Assembly (NCBI GenBank): GCA_044222065.1
Contig: JBGAOA010000034.1
Coordinates: 1 to 47,950, forward strand
DNA length: 47,950 bases
Direction: 5' to 3'
Source: Candidatus Eiseniibacteriota bacterium
GTDB lineage: Bacteria; Eisenbacteria; RBG-16-71-46
Part shown: piece by piece, positions 25,433 through 35,380 of the stretch
Numbering within the stretch: position 1 is the stretch's first letter
Layout: each line of letters opens with the position of its first letter
Notes under the pieces: generated by a model
The model's database searches: none
The model's input: only the letters and a program-made list of their open reading frames with translations
What the model was told of the DNA's origin: nothing
Position numbers and translations under genes: made by a program

Positions 25433-26119
25433 ATGCGTTCGCTTCACGTCATCCGAGTCGCGTGCGCGGTGGTGAGCGTGCTCGCGGCGATCGCGGTTCC
25501 GGTCTCGGCGCAGGCGCCGGGAGCCTGGCCGAACGGCACGTCGGTCGTCGAGACGCTGCACAACTTGTCGTACGCCGCGTCCTCGGATCGCTACGGTCCC
25601 GGAGCGCTCCGCAACTACGGCGAAGTGTGCGTCTACTGCCACACGCCGCACGGCGGACAGGCGAGCGCGCCGCTCTGGAATCGGAACTTCTCGACCGCGT
25701 CCTACCAGATGTACGACGCGAACCACAGCTCCACGATCAACATGACCGTGGATCCGCAGCCGACGGGCGTCTCGCTCGCGTGCCTCTCGTGTCACGACGG
25801 CACGGTCGGTCTCGACGTCATCGTCAACACTCCGAACAACTACACGGGCGGCCCGGCGGTCGGGACGCGCATGCCGTCGAACATCCTCCCGAATCTCGGC
25901 ACCGACCTGCGGAACGATCATCCGGTCTCGGTGACGTACGACCCGACCGCGGATCCGTTCTTCCGCACGGCGGCGTCGGTTCAGGCGGCGGGGCTGCAGC
26001 TCTACACGGGCAAGGTGCAGTGTGGCAGCTGTCACAATCCGCACACCGCGGCGAATCGACCGTTCCTCAGGATCTCGAACGCGGGCAGCAGTCTGTGCCT
26101 CACCTGCCACATCAAGTAG
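25433..26119 (+). CDS. omcE: OmcE-family tetraheme cytochrome c (candidate nanowire subunit)
   Basis: AGGAGG RBS, signal peptide. HNLS, CVYCHTPH, PLWNR, CLSCHDG, NLGTDLRNDHPV, CGSCHNPH and PFLRISNAGSSLCLTCHIK follow the motif order I recall for Geobacter OmcE. Confidence 0.85.
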   Translation: MRSLHVIRVACAVVSVLAAIAVPVSAQAPGAWPNGTSVVETLHNLSYAASSDRYGPGALRNYGEVCVYCHTPHGGQASAPLWNRNFSTASYQMYDANHSSTINMTVDPQPTGVSLACLSCHDGTVGLDVIVNTPNNYTGGPAVGTRMPSNILPNLGTDLRNDHPVSVTYDPTADPFFRTAASVQAAGLQLYTGKVQCGSCHNPHTAANRPFLRISNAGSSLCLTCHIK

Positions 26120-26120
26120 C

Positions 26121-27032
26121 GTGCGACGCCTCGCCGCACTGATCGTCCTCGGCGCGCTGCTCGCGGGCTGCGGGAGCGTGGTCCGCGCGTTCCTCGACGT
26201 GCCCGCGCCGAAGCCGGCCGCCACGGTGCCGGCGGCGGCGCACGTCGTCGTGCGCGAGGACTCGATCGTCGCGCGGCCTCTGCTCGAGACGACGCTCGAT
26301 CCGGACAGCGTGCTCGCGCTGCTGCCGCGCGACTGGATCGGGCACGCCGACTGGGTGGCCGCGCTCCAGAAGGGCCTGATCCGCCCGCGTCCGGCGATCG
26401 GCGCGCGCTTCGAGGACGGACCGGCGCCGTTCGGATTCGACTTCTACTTCGCCGGCAAGGACTCGTCGTTCGATGCGTTCTTCCCGCACTCGGTCCACTC
26501 GCAGATCATCGCCTGCAATCACTGCCACGGCCGGATCTTCCGCTACCGGAACATGCGTTTCACGATGGAGGACCTGCTCGCGGGGCGCTACTGCGGCGAG
26601 TGCCACAGCAAGGTGTCGTTCCCGGTCGTGTCCGGCTGCGATCGCTGCCATCCGCGCATCAAGCTCCCGGCCCGGCGCACCGAAGCCCGCCTGCTCGGCA
26701 CGGTGCAGATGGCGCGCGTGACGGACGGCAGCGGCATGGCGCCGAACACTCCGGACGCCGATCTGCCGCCGGCGCGCTTCCCGCACTGGGTGCACCGCAT
26801 CCGCTATCAGTGCCGCGTGTGCCACGTGCAGATCTTCGAGCCGCGCGCCGGCGCGAACCGCATGACGATGAAGGACATCTCCGAAGGCCGCGCGTGCGGG
26901 CGCTGTCACGACGGCACGACCGCGTTCCGCGCCGGATTCGGAAACTGCCAGCGATGCCACGTGGCGGGACCTCCGCCCGCGCCGGTGGACACGACCGGGG
27001 TGGATTCGCTGCTGCTCCGGGTGCGGGGATGA
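26121..27032 (+). CDS. Lipoprotein hexaheme cytochrome (two c7-type triheme domains)
   Basis: Lipobox LLAG-C. FPHSVH..CNHCH..CGECH..CDRCH and FPHWVH..CRVCH..CGRCH..CQRCH. Confidence 0.92.
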   Translation: MRRLAALIVLGALLAGCGSVVRAFLDVPAPKPAATVPAAAHVVVREDSIVARPLLETTLDPDSVLALLPRDWIGHADWVAALQKGLIRPRPAIGARFEDGPAPFGFDFYFAGKDSSFDAFFPHSVHSQIIACNHCHGRIFRYRNMRFTMEDLLAGRYCGECHSKVSFPVVSGCDRCHPRIKLPARRTEARLLGTVQMARVTDGSGMAPNTPDADLPPARFPHWVHRIRYQCRVCHVQIFEPRAGANRMTMKDISEGRACGRCHDGTTAFRAGFGNCQRCHVAGPPPAPVDTTGVDSLLLRVRG

Positions 27033-28972
27033 CACGGCGGCGGTGCGCGGCCGCGCTCGCGATCGCCGCGGCGTGCGCGTGCGGCGGCGCCTCCGCCGAG
27101 CCGGTCGGACTGCTCCGCGTCGGCAACGGCGGCGAGGCGGGCGTTCGCTGGGAATGCGCGAACGGTCGCTCGGCCGGGCGCCCGGGCGTGAGCGAGACGA
27201 ACGTGCGCGCGTGGACCGCCGCGTCGCTGGAGGGGCGTCTCGCGAGCCGCCGATGGCTGACGTACGCGTGGGTCGCGCGACCGAGCGTGGTGCGGAGCGA
27301 CGGGAAACTGAACCTCGCTTCGTCCACGACCGAGGAATTCGCGCACGACCTCACGCTCGTCTCGCGGCCCGCACCGTGGATCGGGGCCCAGGCGACCGCC
27401 TCGCGCGACCGGATCGTCGCCGATCGCGGGCCCGACGCGGCGCGCGAGTCGCGCTTCCGGCGCGAGGAGGCGCGCGGCGACCTGCGCCTGCCATTTGCGA
27501 GCCTCGGTGCGATCGGGCGTCGCGAGCGATCCGACGAGCGCTGGACGTCCTCGGCGCTCGCGCCCGAACTCGAGCGCCACGTCGAGCGCTCGAGCGCCGA
27601 GACGTTCCTCGAGTCGAGCCGCATGCGGCTCTCGCACCGCAACGCGCGCGAGCGCGTGCCCGAGAACGCCACGGACGTCGAGACGCGCCAGACGAGCTTC
27701 GACCACACGCTGCCGTGGGGACACGGCAGTCAGCTGCGCACACGGCTCGAATGGGCGGACCAGTCGGGCAACCGGCTCACGTTCGTGGACCGCTCCGCGC
27801 AGGAGAACCTGCGCGTGCGTCACGCTCCGTGGCTCACGAGCGACTACGCTGCTCCGGCGCACGCACAGCCGGCTCGTCGCGGGCGAGGGCACCGATCTCT
27901 CGCACGCCTACGAGATCGCGGCGCGCACGGAGGGCTGGGCGCTCGGTCTCGGCGCGAGCTTGCGTGACGATCGCTCGCCGGGGCGCGCGGGCCGCGCGCT
28001 CTCGTACGGGCCGCGCGTCGGCATCCAGCGCGGATTCGCGAACGGCGTGCGCGTTGCCGCGGACGCCGCGCTGCGCGCCGAGCGCGAGCGCCGCACGGGC
28101 GCGGCGGACGCGCGCCTCGCGGTGCCCGACGAACCGCACGACGTCCCGGCGACGCGCCAGTTCGCACTCGACCTCGAAGGCGTGGACTCGGCGACCGTCG
28201 TCGTGCGCGACGCGCAGGGCTCGCCGCGCTTCGTCGCCGGCCCGGACTACACGATCGTGCGTTCGGGCGAGCGGACCTTCGTCGAGATCCCGCCCGGCAG
28301 CTCGATCGCCGTCGGCGACGTGCTCCGCATCGGCTACGAGGCCGTGCCCCCGGGAACGCCGCGCCGCAGCGGATCGAGCGCCGAGTTCGGCGTCGGCGCG
28401 GACTGGCGCGGCCTGTCGCTGCGCTTCGAGGACCGCCGGCGCTCCTCGCGCGACCGGCCGGTCGATCGCGGCGCCGCCGCACTCGGCTCGAGCGAGCGCG
28501 CGTGGCTCGCGTCGTGGCTCGCGACGCGCGACGCGCCCCCGTGCGCTGGGACGCCGGCGCGTCGCTGCGCGAGCGCAGGATCGAATCCCGCCGTTCGCGC
28601 ACGTCCGACCTGCACGCGGGCCTCACGTGGCGCTGGTCGAACGCGCTCACCGGTTCGCTCGACGCCTCGAGCGCCGCGGCGAGCGAGGCCGCGTCCGAAC
28701 TGACGTCGCGCGTCTACCGCACGAGGCTCGACTGGCTGGCGGGACCGTGCGCGCTCGGCCTCCGCGCGGAGTACTCGAACTTCCGCCGCGCGGGCTCGGC
28801 CGAGACTCGCCAGCGATCGCTCGGCGGCGACGCATCCCTGCGCTGCGGCCGGCTCGACGCGGCGCTGCGGCTCGACCTCGGCTCGCGCGACGGCGCCGAC
28901 GATTCCGAGCCGTGGCATCGTTCCCGCCGGGCATCCGACCGTGCCGGTGGGTCGCTCGTCCGACGGTTCTAG
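27029..28972 (+). CDS. Probable outer-membrane beta-barrel (porin) of the cytochrome cluster; frameshifted near 27848 and 28537
   Basis: ATGA overlap with the upstream gene and a signal peptide. Alternating amphipathic strands run across ORFs 26600.., 27495.. and 28502..; the chain ends in ...SLVRRF (terminal Phe). Confidence 0.65.
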
Positions 28973-29108
28973 TCCGCGACGATTCCGCCCTCCGGCCGTG
29001 GCAACCCTTCGCGCCTCGCGGCCGTCGAACCTCGGGGAGCCCGCCCCGCGCGAATCGCCGCGAATGCGGCTCCGCGACCGTGCCGGTGAGCGAAGGGAAG
29101 GAGGCGAC

Positions 29109-30498
29109 GTGAGACTCGCGATGCGCGCGCTGCCGTTGGCCGCCGCGCTCCCGGCCGTGTTGTCGCTCGCAGCCGGTGCGCGCGAGCGCGCCCGTCTTCG
29201 TGATCGAGCGCGAGGGCGCGGGCTTCCGCGTGTCGCGCGACACGCTCGAGGCGAACCACGTCGCCGTGTACCGCCGCGATCCCGCGCACGGCGTCGTGGA
29301 CGTCGTGCTGCCCGTCGGTCCCGGCCGCTCCGCCGCGCTGTTCCGGGCCGCGGACGCCGAGATGCTCGTGCTGCGCCTCGTAGGCGACAGCCTCACGTGG
29401 TCCGTGCGGCGCGCCGACGGTTCGATGACGCCGATGCCGGCGCGGGCGATCGCCGACCTCGGCGCCGAGGAGACGCGAGTGTCGGTGAGCGCGGGGGAGT
29501 CGCGCGCGGCGTTCGTGATCTCGGGCTGGGACGTGGTCGTGCCCGACACGATCGGTCCGGCGCGGAACATGTTCGCGGGCCAGCTGCCGGCGGAACTCCT
29601 GCGCGAGGCGGTCGTCGTCGAGACCGACACGCAGACGCTCGCGCCGGCGGTGCGCGCGTGCGGGGCCGCCGCGCTCGAGCGCGACCGCTACCTGTTCGTG
29701 AAGTGCGGCCGGGCGGACGGCGTCGAGGGCTGGTTCCTCGTGGACCTCGCGGCCTCGTCCTCGCTCGTCGCGAAGTCGTTCGTCCCCGAGTCGCAGCCGA
29801 TCGAACCGATGTCGGCGATCGAGCATTCGGCGGGCGGAGTCCGGCGGCTGCCGTACAGCCCCGAAGGCGCCACGGGATCGGTGCAGGGCGTGCTCGGCGC
29901 GAGCGCGTTCCCGTCGCTCCGTTTCGGAGACGTCGTCGTCGAGCGCGCGGAACTCACGGTGCTCGACCGGCTCCCGGACGCGTTCGGCCGCCCGGTCGCG
30001 GGCATCCTCGGCATGGACGTGCTGCGCGGCTGCGAACGCATCGCGCTCGAGTTCCCGCGCTCGGGCGCGCCGCGGCTCGCGCTCGGCGCCGCGCCGTCCG
30101 GCGCGCGCCCCGCGGCGGTCACGCCGTTCGCGTGGGTCGCCTCGCACCTGCTCGTCGCGGGCGAGATCGGCGGGCGGCGCGCGCGCTGGATCCTCGACTC
30201 GGGCGCGCCGCGCACCGTCGTGGACTCGGTCGGCGCTCCGGCGTTCGAGGCGCACGCGGCAGCGCCGATCGGCGGACTCGGCGGCCGGAAGCTCGGCGCG
30301 CTGCGGGCGCGGGCCGCGTCGGCGCGCGCGGGCGCGCTCGATCTCGGCGGGCTCGAGTGCGACGTCGCGCCGCTCGACGTGTTCGCGTCGCTGCGCCAGC
30401 CGGGCCTCGCGCTCGGCCTGCTCGGGCTCGCGGATCTCGCGCGCTGCGCGCGGATCGAGGTGGATTTCCGCGCGCGCGTGATCCGCTGGTTCCGCTGA
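29109..30498 (+). CDS. Exported retropepsin-like aspartyl protease, two domains; signal peptide frameshifted near 29175
   Basis: AGGAGG then GTG 29109 with a signal peptide in a different frame from ORF 29176-30498. Motifs FLVDLAA...GILGMDVL and WILDSGAPRTVV...GLLGLADL...EVDFRARVI. Confidence 0.8.
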
Positions 30499-30568
30499 AT
30501 CGGCGCGGAACGGCGACGGCCGCCCGCGGCATCGCGGGCGGCCGTGCGCGCGTCCGATCGGATGCGCG

Positions 30569-31042
30569 TCAGCCGAGGTGCGCCTCGACGAACCAGAGAT
30601 CCTTGTCCACCTCGCGCGAGATCTCGGTCGCGAGGTCGGCGCTGTCCGCGTCACCGAGGCTCGCGAACGCGTCGATCGCCGCGCGCACGTTCGCGCCAAA
30701 CGCGGCGAGCGCGAGCGACAGCCGCTCGACGTGTCCCTTCTCGGCGACGAGGTCGAGCGGGTAGGGCTCGAGCCGCGTCGCGCGCGCCGCGGCCTGCAGC
30801 GTGCCGTGCGGCTGGCCGCCGAGCGCCGCGATGCGTTCCGCGATCGAATCGCTCCATTCGCCGCCGTGCGCGTACACGTCGTCGAACAGCTTGTGGAGGG
30901 CGATGAAATTCGGACCGCGCACGGCCCAGTGCGCCTGCTTCGCCTGCATCGTGATGTCGGCGGCGTCCGCGAGCAGCTGATTCAAGTCCGCGCTGACCTG
31001 CACGCGGATCTTCTCGGCGAGATCGTTGTGGGTGTGGGGCAT
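30569..31042 (-). CDS. dps: DNA starvation/stationary phase protection protein Dps
   Basis: KQAHWAVRGPNFIALHKLFD, DSIAERIAALGG and DKDLWFVEAH. Confidence 0.95.
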   Translation of the reverse strand: MPHTHNDLAEKIRVQVSADLNQLLADAADITMQAKQAHWAVRGPNFIALHKLFDDVYAHGGEWSDSIAERIAALGGQPHGTLQAAARATRLEPYPLDLVAEKGHVERLSLALAAFGANVRAAIDAFASLGDADSADLATEISREVDKDLWFVEAHLG

Positions 31043-31166
31043 GGAGGACCTTTCTTTCCGGCCGCGCCGCCGCCGCCGGAGCGCGGAGTGCGAACCCCGG
31101 CGACGGTCGCGTCGTGCCCGCGCAGGGTACGCCGAAGCGCGCCCGGCGTCGCCCGGCCCCCGCCGC

Positions 31167-32594
31167 TCAGCGCACCCGCACGAGCCGCGCGTACGCGCGC
31201 GCTCCGCCGGCTTCGAGCGTCACGAAGTAGATCCCCGGAGCGGCGGATCTTCCCGACGCGTCGCGCCCGTCCCACGTGAAGTCGTGCGCACCGGCGTCGA
31301 ACGCGCCGCGCGCGGGTTCGGCAACGCGCCGGCCCTGCGCGTCCACGATCGCGAGCCGCGCCTCGCCGGCCCGCTCGAGCGTGAAGCCGAGCCGCACCGC
31401 GCCGCGCGCGGGGTTGGGCGAGGGGCTCGCGAGCGCGAGCGATCCCGTTTTCGCGGACTCGACCGCGACCGGGTCCACGACCGGGATCAGCAGCACCGCG
31501 TGCGCGATGCCGCCCGTCGCGGCGGTCGCGGCGATCCAGCCGTCGGCGTTCACGTCGGACGTGCCGAACACGGTCCAGCCGGCGCCGGAGGCGTCGAGCC
31601 GCGCGTTCAGGTCCCAGAGTCCGTCGGCGTTCCACATCACGACGCGTTCCTCGAGCGTCGGCCACGGGAACACGCTCGTATCGATGAGCCGTGAGAACCC
31701 GAACACGGTCGCGCCCGACGGGTCCACGAGCGTCGCCACGCCCGCGTTGTGGCCGGGCCAGATCGGGAGTTCGGCCGGCACGTGCGCGGCGTCGCGCGAC
31801 CAGCGCGTCGGACGGTCGAGCCCGAACGGGTACATCGTGTAGCCGACGGCGTCCCCGAGTTCGTTCATCGTGCCCGGCATGCTCTGGTCCGAGTTCGCGA
31901 GCGGCTCGAGCAGCACGGGCGTGTGGGCGGCGTCGGCTTCCCAAATCGTCGCGCGGTCGCCGGGATTGAGTCCCGTGCGGCCGAAGACGCGGCCCGTTTC
32001 CGTAATGGACTGCGCCTCGGTCCAGGCCGTGAGCGGATCGCCCGACGGATGCAGCGGGAGGATCGTCCGATCGAAGCGTCCGGGCTGGTTCGGGCGTTCG
32101 ATCCAGATCGCCGCGTCCCAGTTGCCGCCGCCGCCGCTCTTCGTGAGGAAGCCGCACACGACGCCGGCGTCGTTCACGTCGAACGCGTAGATGTTCGCGT
32201 TCCCGTCCGCGCCGGACTCGATGTCGACGACCTGGCCGTTCCGCCAGAGAACCGCTCGCGGCTGAGGATCGGCGGTGTTGCTGTGGCCGGCGATCCAGCC
32301 GCTCGCGTTCATGCCGTAGGCGGAGCTCCAGTCGAAGCCCGGCAATCCGCCGAGGTCGGTGACCTGCAGCACGACTCCTTCGGCGGAGACGTCCCAGCGG
32401 GTGGCGTGGCCGCCGAACGTGGCGGGAACCTCGGAGCGTCCGAGCACGGCGCCGCCGACGCCGAAGCGGGCCGCGGTGGAGGCGGTGGCGCCGGGCGCGA
32501 AGCCCAGGTCCACGAGCCGGTAGAGGGGAGCGGACGCGGCGGGCGTGGCAGTGAGGAGCGCGAGGACGCAGGCGAGCGCGAGCGGACGCGACAT
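31167..32594 (-). CDS. Secreted HAF-like extracellular repeat protein with FlgD-like tail
   Basis: Signal peptide then PLYRLVDLG. Repeats of SAYGMNASGWIAG / AFDVNDAGVVCG, DLN..L....W, HAVLLIP. C-terminal PSPNP...WDGRD...GIYFVTL. Confidence 0.85.
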   Translation of the reverse strand: MSRPLALACVLALLTATPAASAPLYRLVDLGFAPGATASTAARFGVGGAVLGRSEVPATFGGHATRWDVSAEGVVLQVTDLGGLPGFDWSSAYGMNASGWIAGHSNTADPQPRAVLWRNGQVVDIESGADGNANIYAFDVNDAGVVCGFLTKSGGGGNWDAAIWIERPNQPGRFDRTILPLHPSGDPLTAWTEAQSITETGRVFGRTGLNPGDRATIWEADAAHTPVLLEPLANSDQSMPGTMNELGDAVGYTMYPFGLDRPTRWSRDAAHVPAELPIWPGHNAGVATLVDPSGATVFGFSRLIDTSVFPWPTLEERVVMWNADGLWDLNARLDASGAGWTVFGTSDVNADGWIAATAATGGIAHAVLLIPVVDPVAVESAKTGSLALASPSPNPARGAVRLGFTLERAGEARLAIVDAQGRRVAEPARGAFDAGAHDFTWDGRDASGRSAAPGIYFVTLEAGGARAYARLVRVR

Positions 32595-32713
32595 GACGGG
32601 GCCTCCGAACGGTGGGGCCCGCCGAGCGAGGGACGGGCGGTTGGGGATTGCGTTCGGAGAGGTGGGGAGCTCGCCGGAAGAAATACCCGCCGGACCGTGG
32701 CGGCGCCGCGACC

Positions 32714-35170
32714 CTAGGGAAGCCAGACGAGGCGGCGGACGAGCGCGCGCCCTTCGAGCTCGAGCCGCGCGAAGTAGGCACCGGCCGGCAGTCGCGCGCC
32801 GCGATCGTCGCGTCCGTCCCACGTCTCGCGGTGCTCGCCCGCCTCGCGCGCCCCGGCGACGAGCGTGCGCCTCGGCCGCCCCTGCACGTCGTAGAGCGCG
32901 AGCCGAACGACGCCCGCCCGTGGCAGCGCGAACGCGAACGCGACCGGACCCGAGCGCGCGGGGTTCGGCGACGGCGCGGCGAGCGCGAACTCGCCGGGTG
33001 CGGGCTCCGCCGCGGCATCGAGCGTCCCCGCGGGCAGGAGGAACGCGAAGCGGCTCTCGTTGCCGTGCACGTCCACCGCGGTGAGCTTGTAGTACGCGGG
33101 CAGCGCGTCCGGCCCGAACCAGCCGGGGGACGATGGCGCGGCGACGAGGTGGGCGGCGTCGGGAAGGAAGCCGGGATCGTGGCCGGCGTAGAGCCGGTAG
33201 CCCGCGAGGTCCGATTCGCCGTTCGCGTTCCAGAACAGGCTCACGCCCGTGCCGGGGGCGAACACGCCCGCGAACGCGGCCGGGGCGAGCGGCGCGAGGT
33301 TGTCCACCGAATAGCCGCTGTCCGCTGCGGACGACCAGAACGACGCGTCGAACGCGACCGCGTCCACGAAGAACGCGGTCGTGGGCGCGCCGGCGGCGGT
33401 CGAATCGCCCGCGGTCACGGCCGTGAACGAGTAGCTCGGAAGTCCGGACGCCGTCACTTCGCCGGCCGGCTCCCAGAAGGTCTGCACGCCGTCCGTCGTC
33501 GTGGCGCGCAGCGTTCGAGCGCGGCGCGCTTCGGAACTCGCGGGCGTCTCGTCGCGCGCTTCGAGGAGCCGCGCCTCGCCGCGCGCGAGTCGCGCGAGCG
33601 CGAGCGCCGCCGGCACCTGCCGCCACACGCGGTAGATCGCGACCGGGAACTGCGGCTCGACGTCGAGGTAGGACGCGTTCCAGCTCACGCGCACGAATCC
33701 GCCCTGGTCGTTCTTCACGTCCTTCACGCCCGCGATCGCGGGTTCGGGATTGCCGAGCCGGCCGAAGCGTTCGACGCGCTGCGCGTAGATCTCGTTCGTG
33801 CTCACGGTGCGCGGGTCGTTCCAGGCGAGCAGCACCCCGTTCGCTCCGTCGGTCGCGAGTTCGACGCTGTTCTGGTCGCCGGCCGCGCTGCACACGACGA
33901 CCGGGCCGAGCGTGCGCGTGTCGGTCCAGCCGCGTGCAGCCGAACCGTCGTAGTTGAAGCGTCCCGCGTAGACGTCCGAGCCGAATCCCGCCGGCGTGCC
34001 GGCCCAGCCCGCGATCACGCCGCCGCGGCCGTCGGGGAGCAGGCTCCCGGACGTGTTCGATCCGAAGAACGAGCCGTCGGCGACCGTGGTGGACGCGCCG
34101 GTCGAGCGCACGTGCAGCAGCTGGCCCGAGCCGTCGCCCCCGGTGATCGTCGCGAGCAGCCACGCGCCCGCGTGGTCGTCGGTCACCGCGTCGCGCAGTG
34201 AGGCGGGCTCGGGCACGAGCATCAGCCCGTTCACGGGCCAGCCCGCCGGACGCGTGCCGTCGGCGAGCAGCATGAGCCCGTACGCGGCGGGCAGCCCGCT
34301 GCGCTGATCGTCCCAGAACACGAGCGCTCCGCCCGCGCCGTTCGGCACGAGCACCGGATTCGACTGCGTCCCGGTCGCGGCGCACACGATGAAGCCGCCG
34401 GCCGACGCTCCGGCGGCGCTGAAGTACGCGAGGCGAACGTCGTCGTTGCCGGCCGAGGACGAGACGTACGCGACATCGAGCCGTCCGTCCGATCCGACGG
34501 CGGCCGACGGGTCGAACTCCTCCGCGCTCGTCGCGACGAGCGCCTTGCCGTTCGAGGGCCACCCCGAGGCGGGCGTGCCGTTCGACTGCACGCGCACGCC
34601 GTAGAGGTCCTGCCCCGACGCGCCGCTCGTCGCGATGCCCCACACGAGGTAGACGCCGCCCGCGCCATCGGGCAGGAGCTGGATCGAGCCCTCTTCGTCG
34701 GGGCGGGTGCTCACGGCGAGCCCGTTCGCGGGCCAGCCGGCGACGAGCGCACCGGAGGCGCTCACGTGCTGCAGGTAGATGTCGTAGTTCCCGGCGCGGC
34801 GGTCGCGCCACGCGACGTACACGCCGCCCGCGGCGTCGGGTGCGGCGGCGTCCGGAATCTGCAGGTCGGCGGCGTTGCAGATCAGGTTCCCGTTCGCGGT
34901 CCAGCCGGGCGCGACCGCACCTGCGGCCGAGATGCGCTGCAGGTAGACGTCGTTGCCCGTCGCGACGTTCCGGTCGTCGCGCCACGCGACGTAGAAGCCC
35001 CCCGCGAGATCGCTCGCGACGGCGTGTCCGCCCTTGGAGCCCGGCGCGAGCGCGACGGGCAGATTGACGGCGCCGTTCGAAGGCCACGCGGCGAACGCGC
35101 GCGGCGCGGCGAGGGTCGCGAGCGCGACGAGGGCGAGGGCGGGCGTGCGGGCGTGGAGCGGGCGGGTCAT
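32714..35170 (-). CDS. Secreted repeat protein (DGAGG..VAWxDxR repeats) with FN3-like domain and FlgD-like tail
   Basis: AGGAGG RBS and signal peptide. Repeats DxAGGxYVAWRDxR...DIYLQxxSxxG...GWPxNG; DVKNDQGG, SVDNLAP and YKLTAVDVHGNES. C-terminal PSPNP...WDGRDDRG..LPAGAYFARL. Confidence 0.87.
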   Translation of the reverse strand: MTRPLHARTPALALVALATLAAPRAFAAWPSNGAVNLPVALAPGSKGGHAVASDLAGGFYVAWRDDRNVATGNDVYLQRISAAGAVAPGWTANGNLICNAADLQIPDAAAPDAAGGVYVAWRDRRAGNYDIYLQHVSASGALVAGWPANGLAVSTRPDEEGSIQLLPDGAGGVYLVWGIATSGASGQDLYGVRVQSNGTPASGWPSNGKALVATSAEEFDPSAAVGSDGRLDVAYVSSSAGNDDVRLAYFSAAGASAGGFIVCAATGTQSNPVLVPNGAGGALVFWDDQRSGLPAAYGLMLLADGTRPAGWPVNGLMLVPEPASLRDAVTDDHAGAWLLATITGGDGSGQLLHVRSTGASTTVADGSFFGSNTSGSLLPDGRGGVIAGWAGTPAGFGSDVYAGRFNYDGSAARGWTDTRTLGPVVVCSAAGDQNSVELATDGANGVLLAWNDPRTVSTNEIYAQRVERFGRLGNPEPAIAGVKDVKNDQGGFVRVSWNASYLDVEPQFPVAIYRVWRQVPAALALARLARGEARLLEARDETPASSEARRARTLRATTTDGVQTFWEPAGEVTASGLPSYSFTAVTAGDSTAAGAPTTAFFVDAVAFDASFWSSAADSGYSVDNLAPLAPAAFAGVFAPGTGVSLFWNANGESDLAGYRLYAGHDPGFLPDAAHLVAAPSSPGWFGPDALPAYYKLTAVDVHGNESRFAFLLPAGTLDAAAEPAPGEFALAAPSPNPARSGPVAFAFALPRAGVVRLALYDVQGRPRRTLVAGAREAGEHRETWDGRDDRGARLPAGAYFARLELEGRALVRRLVWLP

Positions 35171-35380
35171 GGCGCCTCCTTTCCCGGACGAACGCAATCG
35201 GGCGCTCGAGCGGGACAGGGCGCGAGCGCGCCCGGCGCTCCCGCGGGCTGCGGCCACGCCGCGGCGCGCACCGCCGCGTCGCGAGCGGGGAGATTTCGTG
35301 AAACTGAATGAAACGCGGAATCCCCCGTCGCGGACCACGCACACACGGCCATCCCCACGTGTCCCGACAGGAGGAGTCCC

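Noticed and set aside
27840..28545. Programmed frameshifting or phase variation in the porin
   Set aside because: There is no slippery heptamer or long simple repeat, and similar indels occur in many unrelated genes nearby.
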